NCBI RefSeq assembly: GCF_032191835.1
Contig: NC_083237.1
Location: 8,618,001 to 8,682,000, forward strand
Length of the DNA: 64,000 nt
Reading direction: 5' to 3'
DNA from: Heteronotia binoei
Lineage: Eukaryota
Below, in pieces: positions 37,390 to 47,930 of the stretch. Position 1 is the stretch's first letter. Every line of letters begins with the position of its first letter. Below the pieces are notes generated by a model that had not been told where the DNA came from, did no database searches, and saw only the letters and a list, made by a program, of their open reading frames with translations. The position numbers and the translations under genes were made by a program.

Positions 37390-38297
37390 TTAGACAAACC
37401 AGAGATGTTTAGCCACGAAGGTATGGATTTTAACTTTCAAATTTTGGCTGTGTCTTCCTTTCAGAAGCGGGCCTAATAGTCTCATTGCACATATGCTGCA
37501 CGAATCATATCTATCTGATTGGCTAACCCACAATGAAGAGAAAATCACATCAATGGGGCTTAGCATCGATGATCTGACCCTTTTTTTCGGAGAAGCATGC
37601 TTTTGTCATGATTAAACAGGGATTAATTGACATGGGGATTTAAGACCTTAGAAGTCTTGCTTCTGTGCGTTGCTCTCCCATGCAATGGGGGATTCCTTTT
37701 AGTGGTTCACTTGCAGAGTATTTTTCTTGTTTGATTGACCCCTATATTTGAAAGGAGTTTGTGTTAGCCCATTTTAATGTGCTTCCTTCTGCTGTGCTAT
37801 ACGGGAGTTTTAAAAAAAACACCATTCTTTGATAGGTTATGTCCCTGTGGGCTGAAGGAAACTGAAGGAACAGACCATGCACTTTTATCCTGTAGATTCT
37901 ACTGTGATTTACGTGCATCCTATCTGGATCCTATATTTCAGGTGTGGCCATCGGTAGCTCTCCAGGTGTTTTTTGCCTACAACTCCCATCAGCCCCAGCC
38001 AGCATGGCTGATGGCTGGGGCTGATGGGAGTTGTAGGCAAAAAACATCTGGAGAGCTACTGTTGGCCATCCCTGCTATATTGCAATCCCTGGAGGGTATA
38101 TCTGATGAAAGTAAGATAGTAAGCTTACTAGTCTCAAATAAGGCTGAAACCATCAAAGCGGTGGCAAACTTCCTTTACTGTACTTATAAGAGGAGAAGTC
38201 TGTTCAGAATGTTTAATTAACCACCTCCCCCCCCCCACCGCTTCCTTGATTTGATACTGTTGTTCTTATGCCAATAAAGGTTCTGTGATTGTGATTA
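37390..38297 (+). mobile_element. Non-LTR retrotransposon 3' fragment (ORF2 C-terminal CCHC knuckle; clade not assigned)
   Basis: DRLCPCG...E..DHALLSC motif; AATAAA plus (TGTGAT)n tail; 7-bp TSD TATACCT (37383-37389, 38298-38304). Confidence 0.75.
37939..38074. mobile_element. 136-bp palindromic hAT MITE
   Basis: CAGGTGTGGCCA...TGGCCATCCCTG near-perfect hairpin; TSD CTATATTT / CTATATTG. Confidence 0.88.
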
Positions 38298-39686
38298 TAT
38301 ACCTATTTAAGATTAGGTAGCAGAGAGATAAACGTTATAAAGGACAAAGACAAAGACAATTAAATATATATATATATTAAAAAAACTTAAAACATTAGCA
38401 CTTGTTGGCTTTAAAGGTGCTTTCTTTGTATTTCTCCCATGGGATCCAGGAAACTGAGCAAAGGAAACTGTGGCTCTTTCCTTTCTTTCCCAGGGGGCTG
38501 GGGAGGGGGAGGAGCATCAGCCAATAGAAGGAAGAGAGGCTTCCTTCCAGCTCTGCTGTTCAATTGAGAGAGCCTGGCAAATCAAGCTCTGCATCCCCCC
38601 TCTTCCTCCCCAACACAGGAATCTCAGCCAATGGAGAAAACAGGCTTTGCTCTGTAGCTCTTGTGCAATTGAACAAGCCTGGAAAAGCAAACTGTTATGC
38701 AGAAGGTAGAAAGTTATAGGGAGAAGGAAGCAGATGACAGCCATTTGCTCTGGGGCCTGATGGGGCCTGATTCGGCCCCCATACTGCATGTTTGACACCC
38801 CTGGCCTAGAGCATTCCTGACAAGTCTTTGTCCATATGCTGCTTAAAGACTGCCAGTGAGGGGCAGTTCACCACCTCTTTAGGTAGCTGATTCCACTGTT
38901 GAACAACTCTTGCTATAAAAAAGCTCTTTTTCCTAATATCCAGCAGGTACCTTTGCACCCTGAATTGAAGCCCATTATTGCAAGTTAATAATTAATTGAA
39001 ACGCATTCATTTAAATCTGTTATTGCAAGTAATTAATATTGCCACCAAGAAAGTTCAAGACAGGCAATGAAAAACCACTTCTGACTGTCTCTTGGCTTGA
39101 AAACCCTACGAAGTCTCCATAAGCCAGTTGTAGGGTTTTGAAATTCTGAGTGGTGTGTATAATGATCTGCGCTGGTCATAGACCATAAAAAATAAATTGA
39201 ATTGAATTGAGTTGTAGAGTTGACAGTTCCCCTCACTATCATGGCGGGGAGATGGGGGGGGGAGCATTCCAGCAGTAGACTCTGAAGCCCCCCAAGTGGG
39301 GGAAACCCACTAGGATCTGGGGGCTGGCAAATGAATTGCTACTTGGTGGCACTTTCCAGCCAAAGGTAACATGGAAGTGTCAAAATTATGGAATCCTTGC
39401 AAAATCTGACAACGTAATGAAAAAGGGTGAACTATTTTCAGTCTCTTCAGCCAGGAGATTTGTAAAACAAACCTGTTTTATGGTATTATGGTACCTGTTA
39501 TGATATCACAGCCCCAACTTGTAATGCTAAGTAAATGAAACGTTGGTCCCGTCTAAGGATGTGATCCACAGGGTTTTTTTGTTTGTTTGTTTGTTTTTGC
39601 ATTCAGATATCAGGGAGGAAAAAAAATCCTCAGTTATCCAGACCCTAAATAATACTTTGATATTTGGATTCATGGTGTGTGTGTGA

Positions 39687-40374
39687 GGTCATTACTCAAG
39701 TCCATGATTCCCTATGGGGAATTTTTCTGCGGGGATTGGAGGGACTGTCTTTTAGGAAAATGGCAATTAATTCCAGCAGTGCTGGTCATTACTCAAGTCC
39801 ATTATTCCCTATGGGGAATTTTTTGGAGGGGGGGGGGTTGGAGGGACTGTCTTTTAGGAAAATGGCAATTAATTCCACCCATGCTGGTCATTACTCATGT
39901 CCATTATTCCCTATGGGGAATTTTTCGGGGGGGTTGGAGGGACTGTCTTTTAGGAAAATGGCAACTAATTCCAGCAGTGCTGGTCATTACTCCAGTCCAT
40001 TATTCCCTATAGGGAATTTTTCGGGGGGGTGGGGGGTGGAGGGACTGTCTTTTAGGAAAATGGCAACTAATTCCAGCAGTGCTGGTCATTACTCCAGTCC
40101 ATTATTCCCTATGGGGAATTTTTCGGGGGGGCTGGAGGGACTGTCTTTTAGGAAAATGGCAACTAATTCCAGCAGTGCTGGTCATTACTCCAGTCCATTA
40201 TTCCCTATGGGGAATTTTTCGGGGGGGCTGGAGGGACTGTCTTTTAGGAAAATGGCAACTAATTCCAGCAGTGCTGGTCATTACTCCAGTCCATTATTCC
40301 CTATGGGGAATTTTTCGGGGGGGCTGGAGGGACTGTCTTTTAGGAAAATGGCAACTAATTCCAGCAGTGCTGGG
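39687..40374. repeat. Minisatellite, about 7 units of 96 bp (two units 102 bp)
   Basis: GGAAAATGGCAA recurs at 39755, 39857, 39953, 40055, 40151, 40247 and 40343. Confidence 0.95.
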
Positions 40375-41032
40375 GGTGCCTGTCCAATAAGTGACCCCAA
40401 GTTTCAAGTGAATTGGACCAAGAGGTCCAGTTCTATTGGCTCCTGAAAAAAGTGCACTTCCATTGTTTCTCCTGGGCAAAGAATTGCACAGACACAAGAG
40501 CAGTTCTTAGGAACGCGAACAAGAACTTACGTAATTGACATTGAACTTTCACGTCTTTATCAACAAGTTACAATGGAGCTCCCCATGCCAGAAGAATAAT
40601 CGAAGCAGGACTAGTCAAGTCGACTTCCTGTATGTTGGGACTCCTTCTTCCTAGAATTTTGATAGTTTATGTCTGTTATTGTTCATTCTTACTAATGCAC
40701 CATAGTTATTCAGATACAAGAGCAAGCAATGTAACATCTGGCCAAAAGCCTCCCAATGCAAGCAGACCCAACAAATCCAACAGAACCACTGCAAAGCCAG
40801 GGAACAGTGGCAGAGCCATGGGACAATGTTGCAAGCCTAACACAATGCTGTTAGCTGCTTTGAGCCACATTACTCTGATACAAACATGAAGGGAAACTGT
40901 TAACAATATTATGGAATGAAATATAAACAGTGTTTCCTAAAGGAAAAATCCAGTATGAGCTAAATTTAGCTATCATATAATAAAGTAAGGTCTATTTTCT
41001 CCTACTCTAACATTTTCCTTGATTTTAAATAG

Positions 41033-41159
41033 GTGCTGCCCGTTTCTGTGTGCAATGACTACTGTCCTCCTGGTTTTCATAAGAAGAAGAAAGAAGGGGA
41101 ACAGTTTTGTTGCTATGATTGTGCTCGGTGCCCAGAAGGACAAATTTCAAACCAAAATG
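41033..41159 (+). CDS. Vmn2r: V2R gene C exon 5
   Basis: AATAG|GTG acceptor, G|GTAGG donor, 127 bp; [42 protein letters not shown]. Confidence 0.92.
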
Positions 41160-41186
41160 GTAGGTGACGTAATGCACAAAATCTAG

Positions 41187-42112
41187 ATGAACATCATTCT
41201 CTTGCTCTACTTCCTCTCTTCTTTCATATTTATTGGAGAACCAAGAAAAGTGGCCTGCTTTCTCTCCCAGTTTTTTTTTCCCCCCACCATTGTCTCAGTG
41301 GCTGTTTCTTGTGTACTGGCCAGAACCATCATTGTGTTTGTAGCTTTCATGAACATCAAACCAGGGTCCACCTGGAGGAAGTGGGTGAGGAAAAGACTGA
41401 CCGACTCCTTTGTCCTTTCCTGCTCCTTTCTTTTGGGAGTCATTTGTACAGTTTGTGTAGGAGATGCTCCTCCTTTTCCAGATTTTGACACAGTCATTGA
41501 TTAGACCTGGGTTATATGGGGCTTCTATTCCTCATCAGTTTGACTGTAGCTTTCTTTGCAAGGATAGCTTTAATGAAATCAAGTACGTTAAAGAAGCCAA
41601 GTATGTTCAGTATGGGCGTTTTCGCACTGACCTTAATCGGCAGCGACGTCCCTCTTCACCGCGCAGGATCTGCGCAGATTTCGCACCAATTGCTGCGGAG
41701 CACCTGGAAGAGCCGCAAAGTCCCGTGGCTTTTGCGGCGCAAATGGAAACCGCCAAAAACCAGTTTCCATTTGCGCCGCAAAAGCCGCGGGACTTTGCGG
41801 CTCTTCTGGGTGCTCTGCAGCAATTGGTGTGAAATCCGCGCAGATCCTGCGCGGTGAAGAGGGACGTCGCTGCCGATTAAGGTCAGTGCGAAAACGCCCC
41901 ATGTTAATTTTTTTGCAGTGTTCAGGTGACTTTGGTTCTATCCTACAAGAGCACTAAAGGGAAATACATGGTAGCCATGGAGATCTTCTCTATCTTCTCC
42001 ATCTTGGCCTCCAGAGCTGGGTTATTGGGTGGTATCTTTTTACTCAAATAGTACGTTCTTCTGCTGAGGCCACAGCTGAATAAGAGGAAGCAACTAATAA
42101 CAAGAAACATAG
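41187..42112 (+). pseudogene. Degraded, 5'-truncated V2R exon 6 copy inside gene C intron 5
   Basis: Translations [47 protein letters not shown]; no 5' end or acceptor; deletions, stops and a MITE insertion. Confidence 0.88.
41614..41899. mobile_element. 286-bp palindromic MITE, probably PIF/Harbinger
   Basis: GGGCGTTTTCGCACTGACC...GGTCAGTGCGAAAACGCCC with inverted arms along almost its whole length; 3-bp flanks TAT/CAT. Confidence 0.75.
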
Positions 42113-42732
42113 ATCTCCTGACCATTTCCAACAATGCATTCTTTGAAGAATATTCCAGATGAGAAAATTTCCTCCTCTCAGATGTTTGCAGCTGAGACCA
42201 ATAAACTTAATTAGCAAATTTAATGAAGTGACCTTGATGGGTAGTGATTTTTATGGGTAATGATGTAGCTAGGATCTGTTGTTGACAGCACAGGGCAAAT
42301 GACAGATCTTACTATTGGAATTTTCTCAAAGATGGCTATTTTCCTTAACAGAAAGAATATGGGGAAATTCACCATACAATCAAATGAGATCGAGTTATTG
42401 TGCTGGCCATTGGAAAAAAACTGCCAAAATTCAAGTTGCAAGTCAGGGAACAGTAACTTCATTTTCACCATGCAATGATCAATATTTTCTGTATTGCCAC
42501 AGGAATCTAAAAGTCCTAACACGGAAAGACATTTAAAAATTAACAATTAAAGAGATCTTTGATGCTGATCGCACATGTACTCATTTACAAGAAAGTGTCT
42601 TTGTCTTTCCAGTATCTGTTCAAAGTGGAAATGAAGATGCAGATTAATATGCCTCAGGATTTGCAAAATGCTGGGAGATTTAGAGTCTAAAATGCACTAA
42701 AGACAACCATTGTTATCTCTCTTTTTTTGCAG

Positions 42733-43634
42733 ACATGGAGGACTGTATCAATTGTCCAGATGATCAGTATGCAAGCATGAGTAGAGATCAATGCATTCCC
42801 AAGACAATCAACTCTCTGTCTTATGAAGAACCTTTAGGAATCAGTTTGGCTTCAATTACAGTTTCTTATTCTCTCATCACAGTCTTGGTTCTAGGAACTT
42901 TCATTAGGCACAAAGATACCCCCATAGTGAAAGCAAACAACCGAGATATCACATACACTCTTCTTATCACTCTCCTGCTATGTTTCCTTTGTCCTTTGCT
43001 CTTCATTGGTGACCCAAACAAGGTGACCTGCTGTTTCCGACAACCAGCTTTTGGCCTTATCTTTTCTGTGGCTGTATCTTGTGTGTTGGCCAAAACCACC
43101 ACTGTAATTGTAGCTTTCATGGCCACTAAACCAGGATCCAGAATTAGGAAGTGGGTGGGGAAAAGACTGACCAACTCCATTCTTCTGTCTTGTTCCTTCA
43201 TTCAAGCAGCCATTTGTATGATATGGCTAGGAACCTCTCCTCCTTTCCCACATACTGACATGCAGTCATTGACTAGAGAGATCACTCTAGGATGCAATGA
43301 AGGGTCTGTCATCATGTTCTATATTGTCTTGGGCTACATGGGACTTCTATCAGTCATAAGTTTGATCGTAGCTTTCTTTGCAAGGAAGTTACCGGACAGT
43401 TTCAATGAAGCTAAGTTCATCTCTTTCAGTATGTTAATCTTTTGCAGTGTTTGGGTGACTTTTGTTCCTACGTATTTGAGCACAAAAGGGAAATACATGG
43501 TAGTTGTGGAGATTTTCTCTATTTTGGCCTCCAGTGCTGGATTACTGGTTTGTATCTTTTCCCCCAAATGCTACATTCTTCTGTTGAGGCCAGAGTTGAA
43601 TAAGAGGGAGAAATCAATAAGGAGAAACAACTGA
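42733..43634 (+). CDS. Vmn2r: V2R gene C exon 6 (7TM); predicted CDS 2625 nt = 874 aa
   Basis: TTGCAG|AC acceptor, 902 bp to TGA; phase compatible with exon 5; linkage to exon 5 is inferred. Confidence 0.9.
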
Positions 43635-43640
43635 ATGCTT

Positions 43641-44688
43641 GAGTGAGTATAAATGGGCAGTCTTCACAGTGGAAGACGATAAGCAGTGGGGTGCCACAGG
43701 GCTCAACACTGGGTCCCATGCTCTTTAACTTGTTCATTAATGATCTGGAGTTGGGAGTAAGCAGTGAAGTGGCCAGGTTTGCAGATGACACTAAATTGTT
43801 CAGGGTGGTGAGAACCAGAAAGGATTGTGAGGCATTCCAAAGGGATCTGTTGAGGCTGGGTGAGTGGGCGTCAACGTGGCAGATGAGGTTCAGTGTGGCC
43901 AAGTGCAAAGTAATGCACATTGGGGCCAAGAATCCCAGCTACAAATACAAGTTGATGGGGTGTGAACTGGCAGAGACTGACCAAGAGAGAGATCTTGGGG
44001 TCGTGGTAGATAACTCACTGAAAATGTCAAGACAGTGTGCGATTGCAATAAAAAAGGCCAACACCATGCTGGGAATTATTAGGAAGGGAATTGAAAACAA
44101 ATCAGCCAGTATCATAATGCCCCTGTATAAATTGATGGTGCGGTCTCGTTTGGAGTACTGTGTGCAATTCTGTTCACCGCATCTCAAAAAGGATATTATA
44201 GCATTGGAAAAAGCTCAGAAAAGGGTAACTAGAATGATTAAAGGTTTGAAACACTTTCCCTATGAAGAAAGGTTAAAACGCTTGGGGTTCTTTAGCTTGG
44301 AGAAACGTCGACTGTGGGGTGGCATGATAGAGGTTTACAAGATTATTCATGGGATGAAGAAAGTAGAGAAAGAAGTCCTTTTCTCCCTTTCTCAAAATAC
44401 AATAACTCATGGGTATTCAATGAAATTGCTGAGCAGTCGTGCTAAAACGGATAAAAGGACGTACTTCTTCACCTAAAGGGTGATTAATATGTGGAATTCA
44501 CTGCCACAGGAGGTGGTGATGGCTACAAGCATAGCCAGCTTCAAGAGGGGATTGGATAAAAATATGGAGCAGAGGTCCATCAGAGGGTATTAGCCACAAT
44601 GTGTGTGTGTGTATATATATTTTGGCCACTGTGTGTTGGACTGGATGGGCCATTGGCCTTATCCAACATGGCTTCTCTTATGTTCTTA
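43641..44688 (+). mobile_element. 5'-truncated CR1 LINE (RT C-terminus open for 277 aa)
   Basis: SGVPQGS.LGP.LF..FINDL, FADDTKL, ERDLGV, LEYCVQF, LEKRRL motifs; 3' UTR and TTATGTTCTTA tail. Confidence 0.95.
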
Positions 44689-44846
44689 TTAATATCCAAT
44701 CTATCATCTTCTAAGGGTATTTTTACTAGTTTATATGTAATTTATAGGAGACAGATAAGATCACATTAAGATAGTGCAAAGGGACAGCGTTTAAAGTTCA
44801 CTACAGTCATTCAAAGTTATTTGTTCATTTATTTACAACATTTAGG

Positions 44847-44919
44847 TCTTCATTGGTGACCCAAGGAAGGTGACCTGCTTTTTCCAACAACCAGCATTTG
44901 GCCTTATCTTTTCTGTGGC
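44847..44919 (+). pseudogene. ~75-bp V2R exon 6 fragment between 12-bp direct repeats
   Basis: TCTTCATTGGTGACCCAAGGAAGGTGACCTGC...GGCCTTATCTTTTCTGTGGC matches about 43000-43073; TTTAGGTCTTCA at 44841-44852 and 44927-44938. Confidence 0.85.
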
Positions 44920-46590
44920 CTTCTTGTTTAGGTCTTCACTGCCCATGAATTTTTTTTCTCCTTCCTCATTCACTGAATTAAACTAATCTTTCAGAGAAAT
45001 TGCACCTTTGGCAATAAGATATGATAATCACATCTTTCAGGGTAATTTCCCTCTGACATATATTTCTGATAGTGAAAAAAAATGCCATTTTCCAACAAAT
45101 CCCTTGTCCCACAACAAATCAACATGATCACTTCAGGGTTTTTTAAAAAAAGGATGTAGCATTGACCCAATCATCTATCATTTCATGAAGACTTGGCTCT
45201 TGATAAAATAGGGTCAAGGTTTCTTCTCAGAAAGAATGGCAATACCTTGAGTGATTGTATACATTTTGGACATAGATGTTTAAATAAAACCACTTAAAAC
45301 AAGTTATCTCCACTTAATTTGCTTATGCTTATTTTGGACTAAGAATAATTAGAGATCACACAGCATAGAAATCAATGTATCTCTAACTATGCCCGTTATT
45401 TCATTTTAGGGTGGAATTTTCTTGTTAATGTTTGTTCACCATGGGAATCTGAAAGCAGGAGAGGCTGATCCTTAAAGGAGCAAAGAAAACATCTGTGACC
45501 AGATCTGGAAATGAAACTATAGTTACCATGGTACCACTCAGAGCTCTAATGATATGAAGATAATTACCCTTCTCGGGAGTTATCCAAATCAGTATAATTA
45601 TTTGGCTGACCAAAGACTCAGTGACTTTTCAAAAACTGATGACAGCAGTCCATATGCAAATGTGACTTATTAAAAACAAAACTTATGCTTTTGAGATTGG
45701 GGATAAGGGACTTGGAATTGTCTGACATTTTGCTTCTTTAAAAACGACCCTTGATCTCAGAGTACTGGAAATATCAGCTGCCCCCCACTCGAGCTGCGCA
45801 TTTCAAACCCTGTTGAAGCTAAAGATAGGAACGATATGCACAGACCGCTTTACAAATATTGACAGACTCTGCAGCTATCCAAGGTCAGGCTGGTGCTAGC
45901 AATAGACACCGGAGAGGGCTCATCCAGAGGCAGGGGCTGCTTCAAGATGTTGGGGCTCGTGATGTTGCTGCTGTTGCTGCCTTGCTTTGCATGTAAAGTC
46001 AATTCAGTGAACTGCCTCTTGAAGAATCCCCTCCCTGTCCCACATGAATGGTACCAGCCAGGTGACCTCCTCATTGGTGGGATCATTTCTCAGATTTTTT
46101 TTGATTTTCACACACAACTTTTCAAGGAGCTTCCTTATCAGGAACTGGACATTCCACAGTAAGAAATGATCGTTGGGGGTAAAAAAATCGTGTGACCTTG
46201 TTCTTTGTATAGTTTATAAGGAAAGACTATGTTGGCTATGTCAACCCCAGAGTCCTTCCTTTCTCATTATTATACCTTCTGCTCACTTTGCAGTTACTTT
46301 GGGCTTGAGATCTCTTTCTCCTTGGGGGTTGGAAGTGGGTGATGGAAGGAGTTATTTAGTTACTTAAAATCAACACATTTCACTATAGTTAGAGCTCTGC
46401 AAGGTGTTCAGGTATATATATATATATTTAGAATAAGATGAAATTAGAAACATTGTTTAGTATTTTTAAAAAAAAAACAATCAAACCCAACAGCCAAGTG
46501 AGAATATGCCACTGATTGTTATACACAAAGTCACTGGACATGCATGTTAAACCCCAGTTTTCATACCTCTCTGCAATACTACATATAGAC

Positions 46591-46972
46591 CAGAGGTGTC
46601 CAAACTTGCTTAACATAAGAGGCACATAGAATAAGCATCAGATGTTTTAACGCCTCAAGACATGAATATCAGATGTTTGAGAGCTGCAAGAAAATAATGA
46701 AGGAAGGGTGGTAAGAAAGGTGGAAAGAGAGCAAATAGAAGGGGAGAGGGAGAGAAAGGTGGAAAGAGAGCAAATAGAAGGGGAGAGGGAGAGAAAGGTG
46801 GAAAGAAAGCAACTTTAGCTTTAAATGAATTCTCCAAGCAACCAGATGGCTTGGCTTGGGAAAGCGATTTAAAGAGACAAATGCCTTCTCCAAGCCAGTG
46901 GATGGGGTAGTAGGGCTTCGAGAGTCACATACTATATATTGTGGCTCCCTAGTCACAGTTTGGCCACCCCTG
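46591..46972. mobile_element. hAT-type MITE with internal 39-bp purine-rich tandem repeat
   Basis: CAGAGGTGTCCAAACT / AGTTTGGCCACCCCTG termini; GAAAGGTGGAAAG at 46715, 46754 and 46793; TSD degenerate. Confidence 0.7.
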
Positions 46973-46998
46973 AATAGATGAAGGCACTGTTCTGCATT

Positions 46999-47930
46999 TG
47001 TGTATGTATGCCATCAAGGTGCAGCCAACTTATGGTGACCCTAGGGTTTTCATGACAAGAATGTCCGGCCCCTGCCCAGCCGAGCCAGCTTGCAGGCTAT
47101 AGGCTGGGGGCCGTCTTTGCGTCCCCGGAAGGAGGGAGGGGCAGCAACATCACCCGACATACGGGTGTTTAGCGAGGCGTGGAGATGGGGCTTTATAAGT
47201 CCCGGCTCCCGCCTCACTACGCAGTTTGTTTTCGGCTCTCTGCCCGCCCACCCTTCCCATCGGCAGTACAGGTGTATGCCGGTCGCCTTTTGGGGCCAGG
47301 TAGGAATTTTTTCACCCCCGCACAATTGGCCTATGTGGGGGTGTTTTTCGCCTACCTTGTACTGCCTAGTAGGTTAGGTTTTGCCAAGTATTAGTTTGGT
47401 CGCAGGCTGGATGGGGTTTGGCCACAGCGTTTCCCAGGGGAGCACCTATGGCCTAGCACCGTTGGTGCGGTGGTCTGCAGGAACCGTAGATGGGCTAAAC
47501 GGCTCAGTATGGTGATGCAGATCACAGGGAGCCTCACCTGGGTGGATCTTTCCATAGGGATTGATGCCAGCCCGGTTGGTGACGGCTGGAGGCCTGGCCG
47601 CTCAGTTACAACCCGATTTCGGCGGGTTTGTGCTGGGGGCAGGGTGGCTCGCCCTTTGGACAAGGCGGGGTCCAGGTGTTGACCCCAGGGCTTGTCTGGT
47701 TTGGTTTCCCCCCCTGCCAGTTATTGGTTATTTGTTATTTCTAATAAAGCGGCCCGGTTTAAAACCCAACAATCGTGTCTGCCTCTTCTTTCCGACTGGG
47801 GGGGCAAATGTACAGAGGTAGTTTGCCATTTCCTGCCACTGTGTATCAGCCCCAGATTTCCTTGATGGTCTCCCATCCAAGTACTAACCAGGGCTGACTC
47901 TTAGTTTCCAAGATTGAATGAGATCAGGAT
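46999..47930 (-). mobile_element. 5S rRNA-derived SINE (SINE3-type) interrupted by a Ngaro terminal unit
   Basis: 47867-47930 is the reverse complement of the 5S segment GATCTC..GGAAGCTAAG...CCTGGTTAGTACTTGGATGGGAGACC; GGCAAAC/GTTTGCCAT tail; related scraps at about 22945 and 53285. Confidence 0.7.
47064..47807 (+). mobile_element. Solo A-B terminal unit of a Ngaro-type retrotransposon (related, diverged family)
   Basis: Starts TCCGGCCCCT and ends GGGGCAA, the same termini as 58383->57651; internal blocks GGGGCCAGGTAGGAATTTTT and TTTTTCGCCTACCTTGTACTG are shared. Confidence 0.82.

Larger units (their letters stand above)
37275..38803. mobile_element. Non-autonomous hAT transposon
   Basis: TIRs CAGGGATGTCAAAC / GTTTGACACCCCTG; perfect 8-bp TSD GCCTAGAG (37267-37274, 38804-38811). 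Confidence 0.88.
37190..38985 (-). mobile_element. CR1 3' fragment split by a nested hAT element
   Basis: CATAGAATCACAGAGTTGGAAGGG tail at about 37198; the body resumes at 38812 (ATTCCTGACAAG..AAGACTGCCAGTGAGGGG). Outer ends approximate. Confidence 0.75.

Noticed and set aside
47867-47930. 5S rRNA gene
   Set aside because: Partial, mutated and joined to a SINE tail; a SINE head rather than a functional 5S gene.
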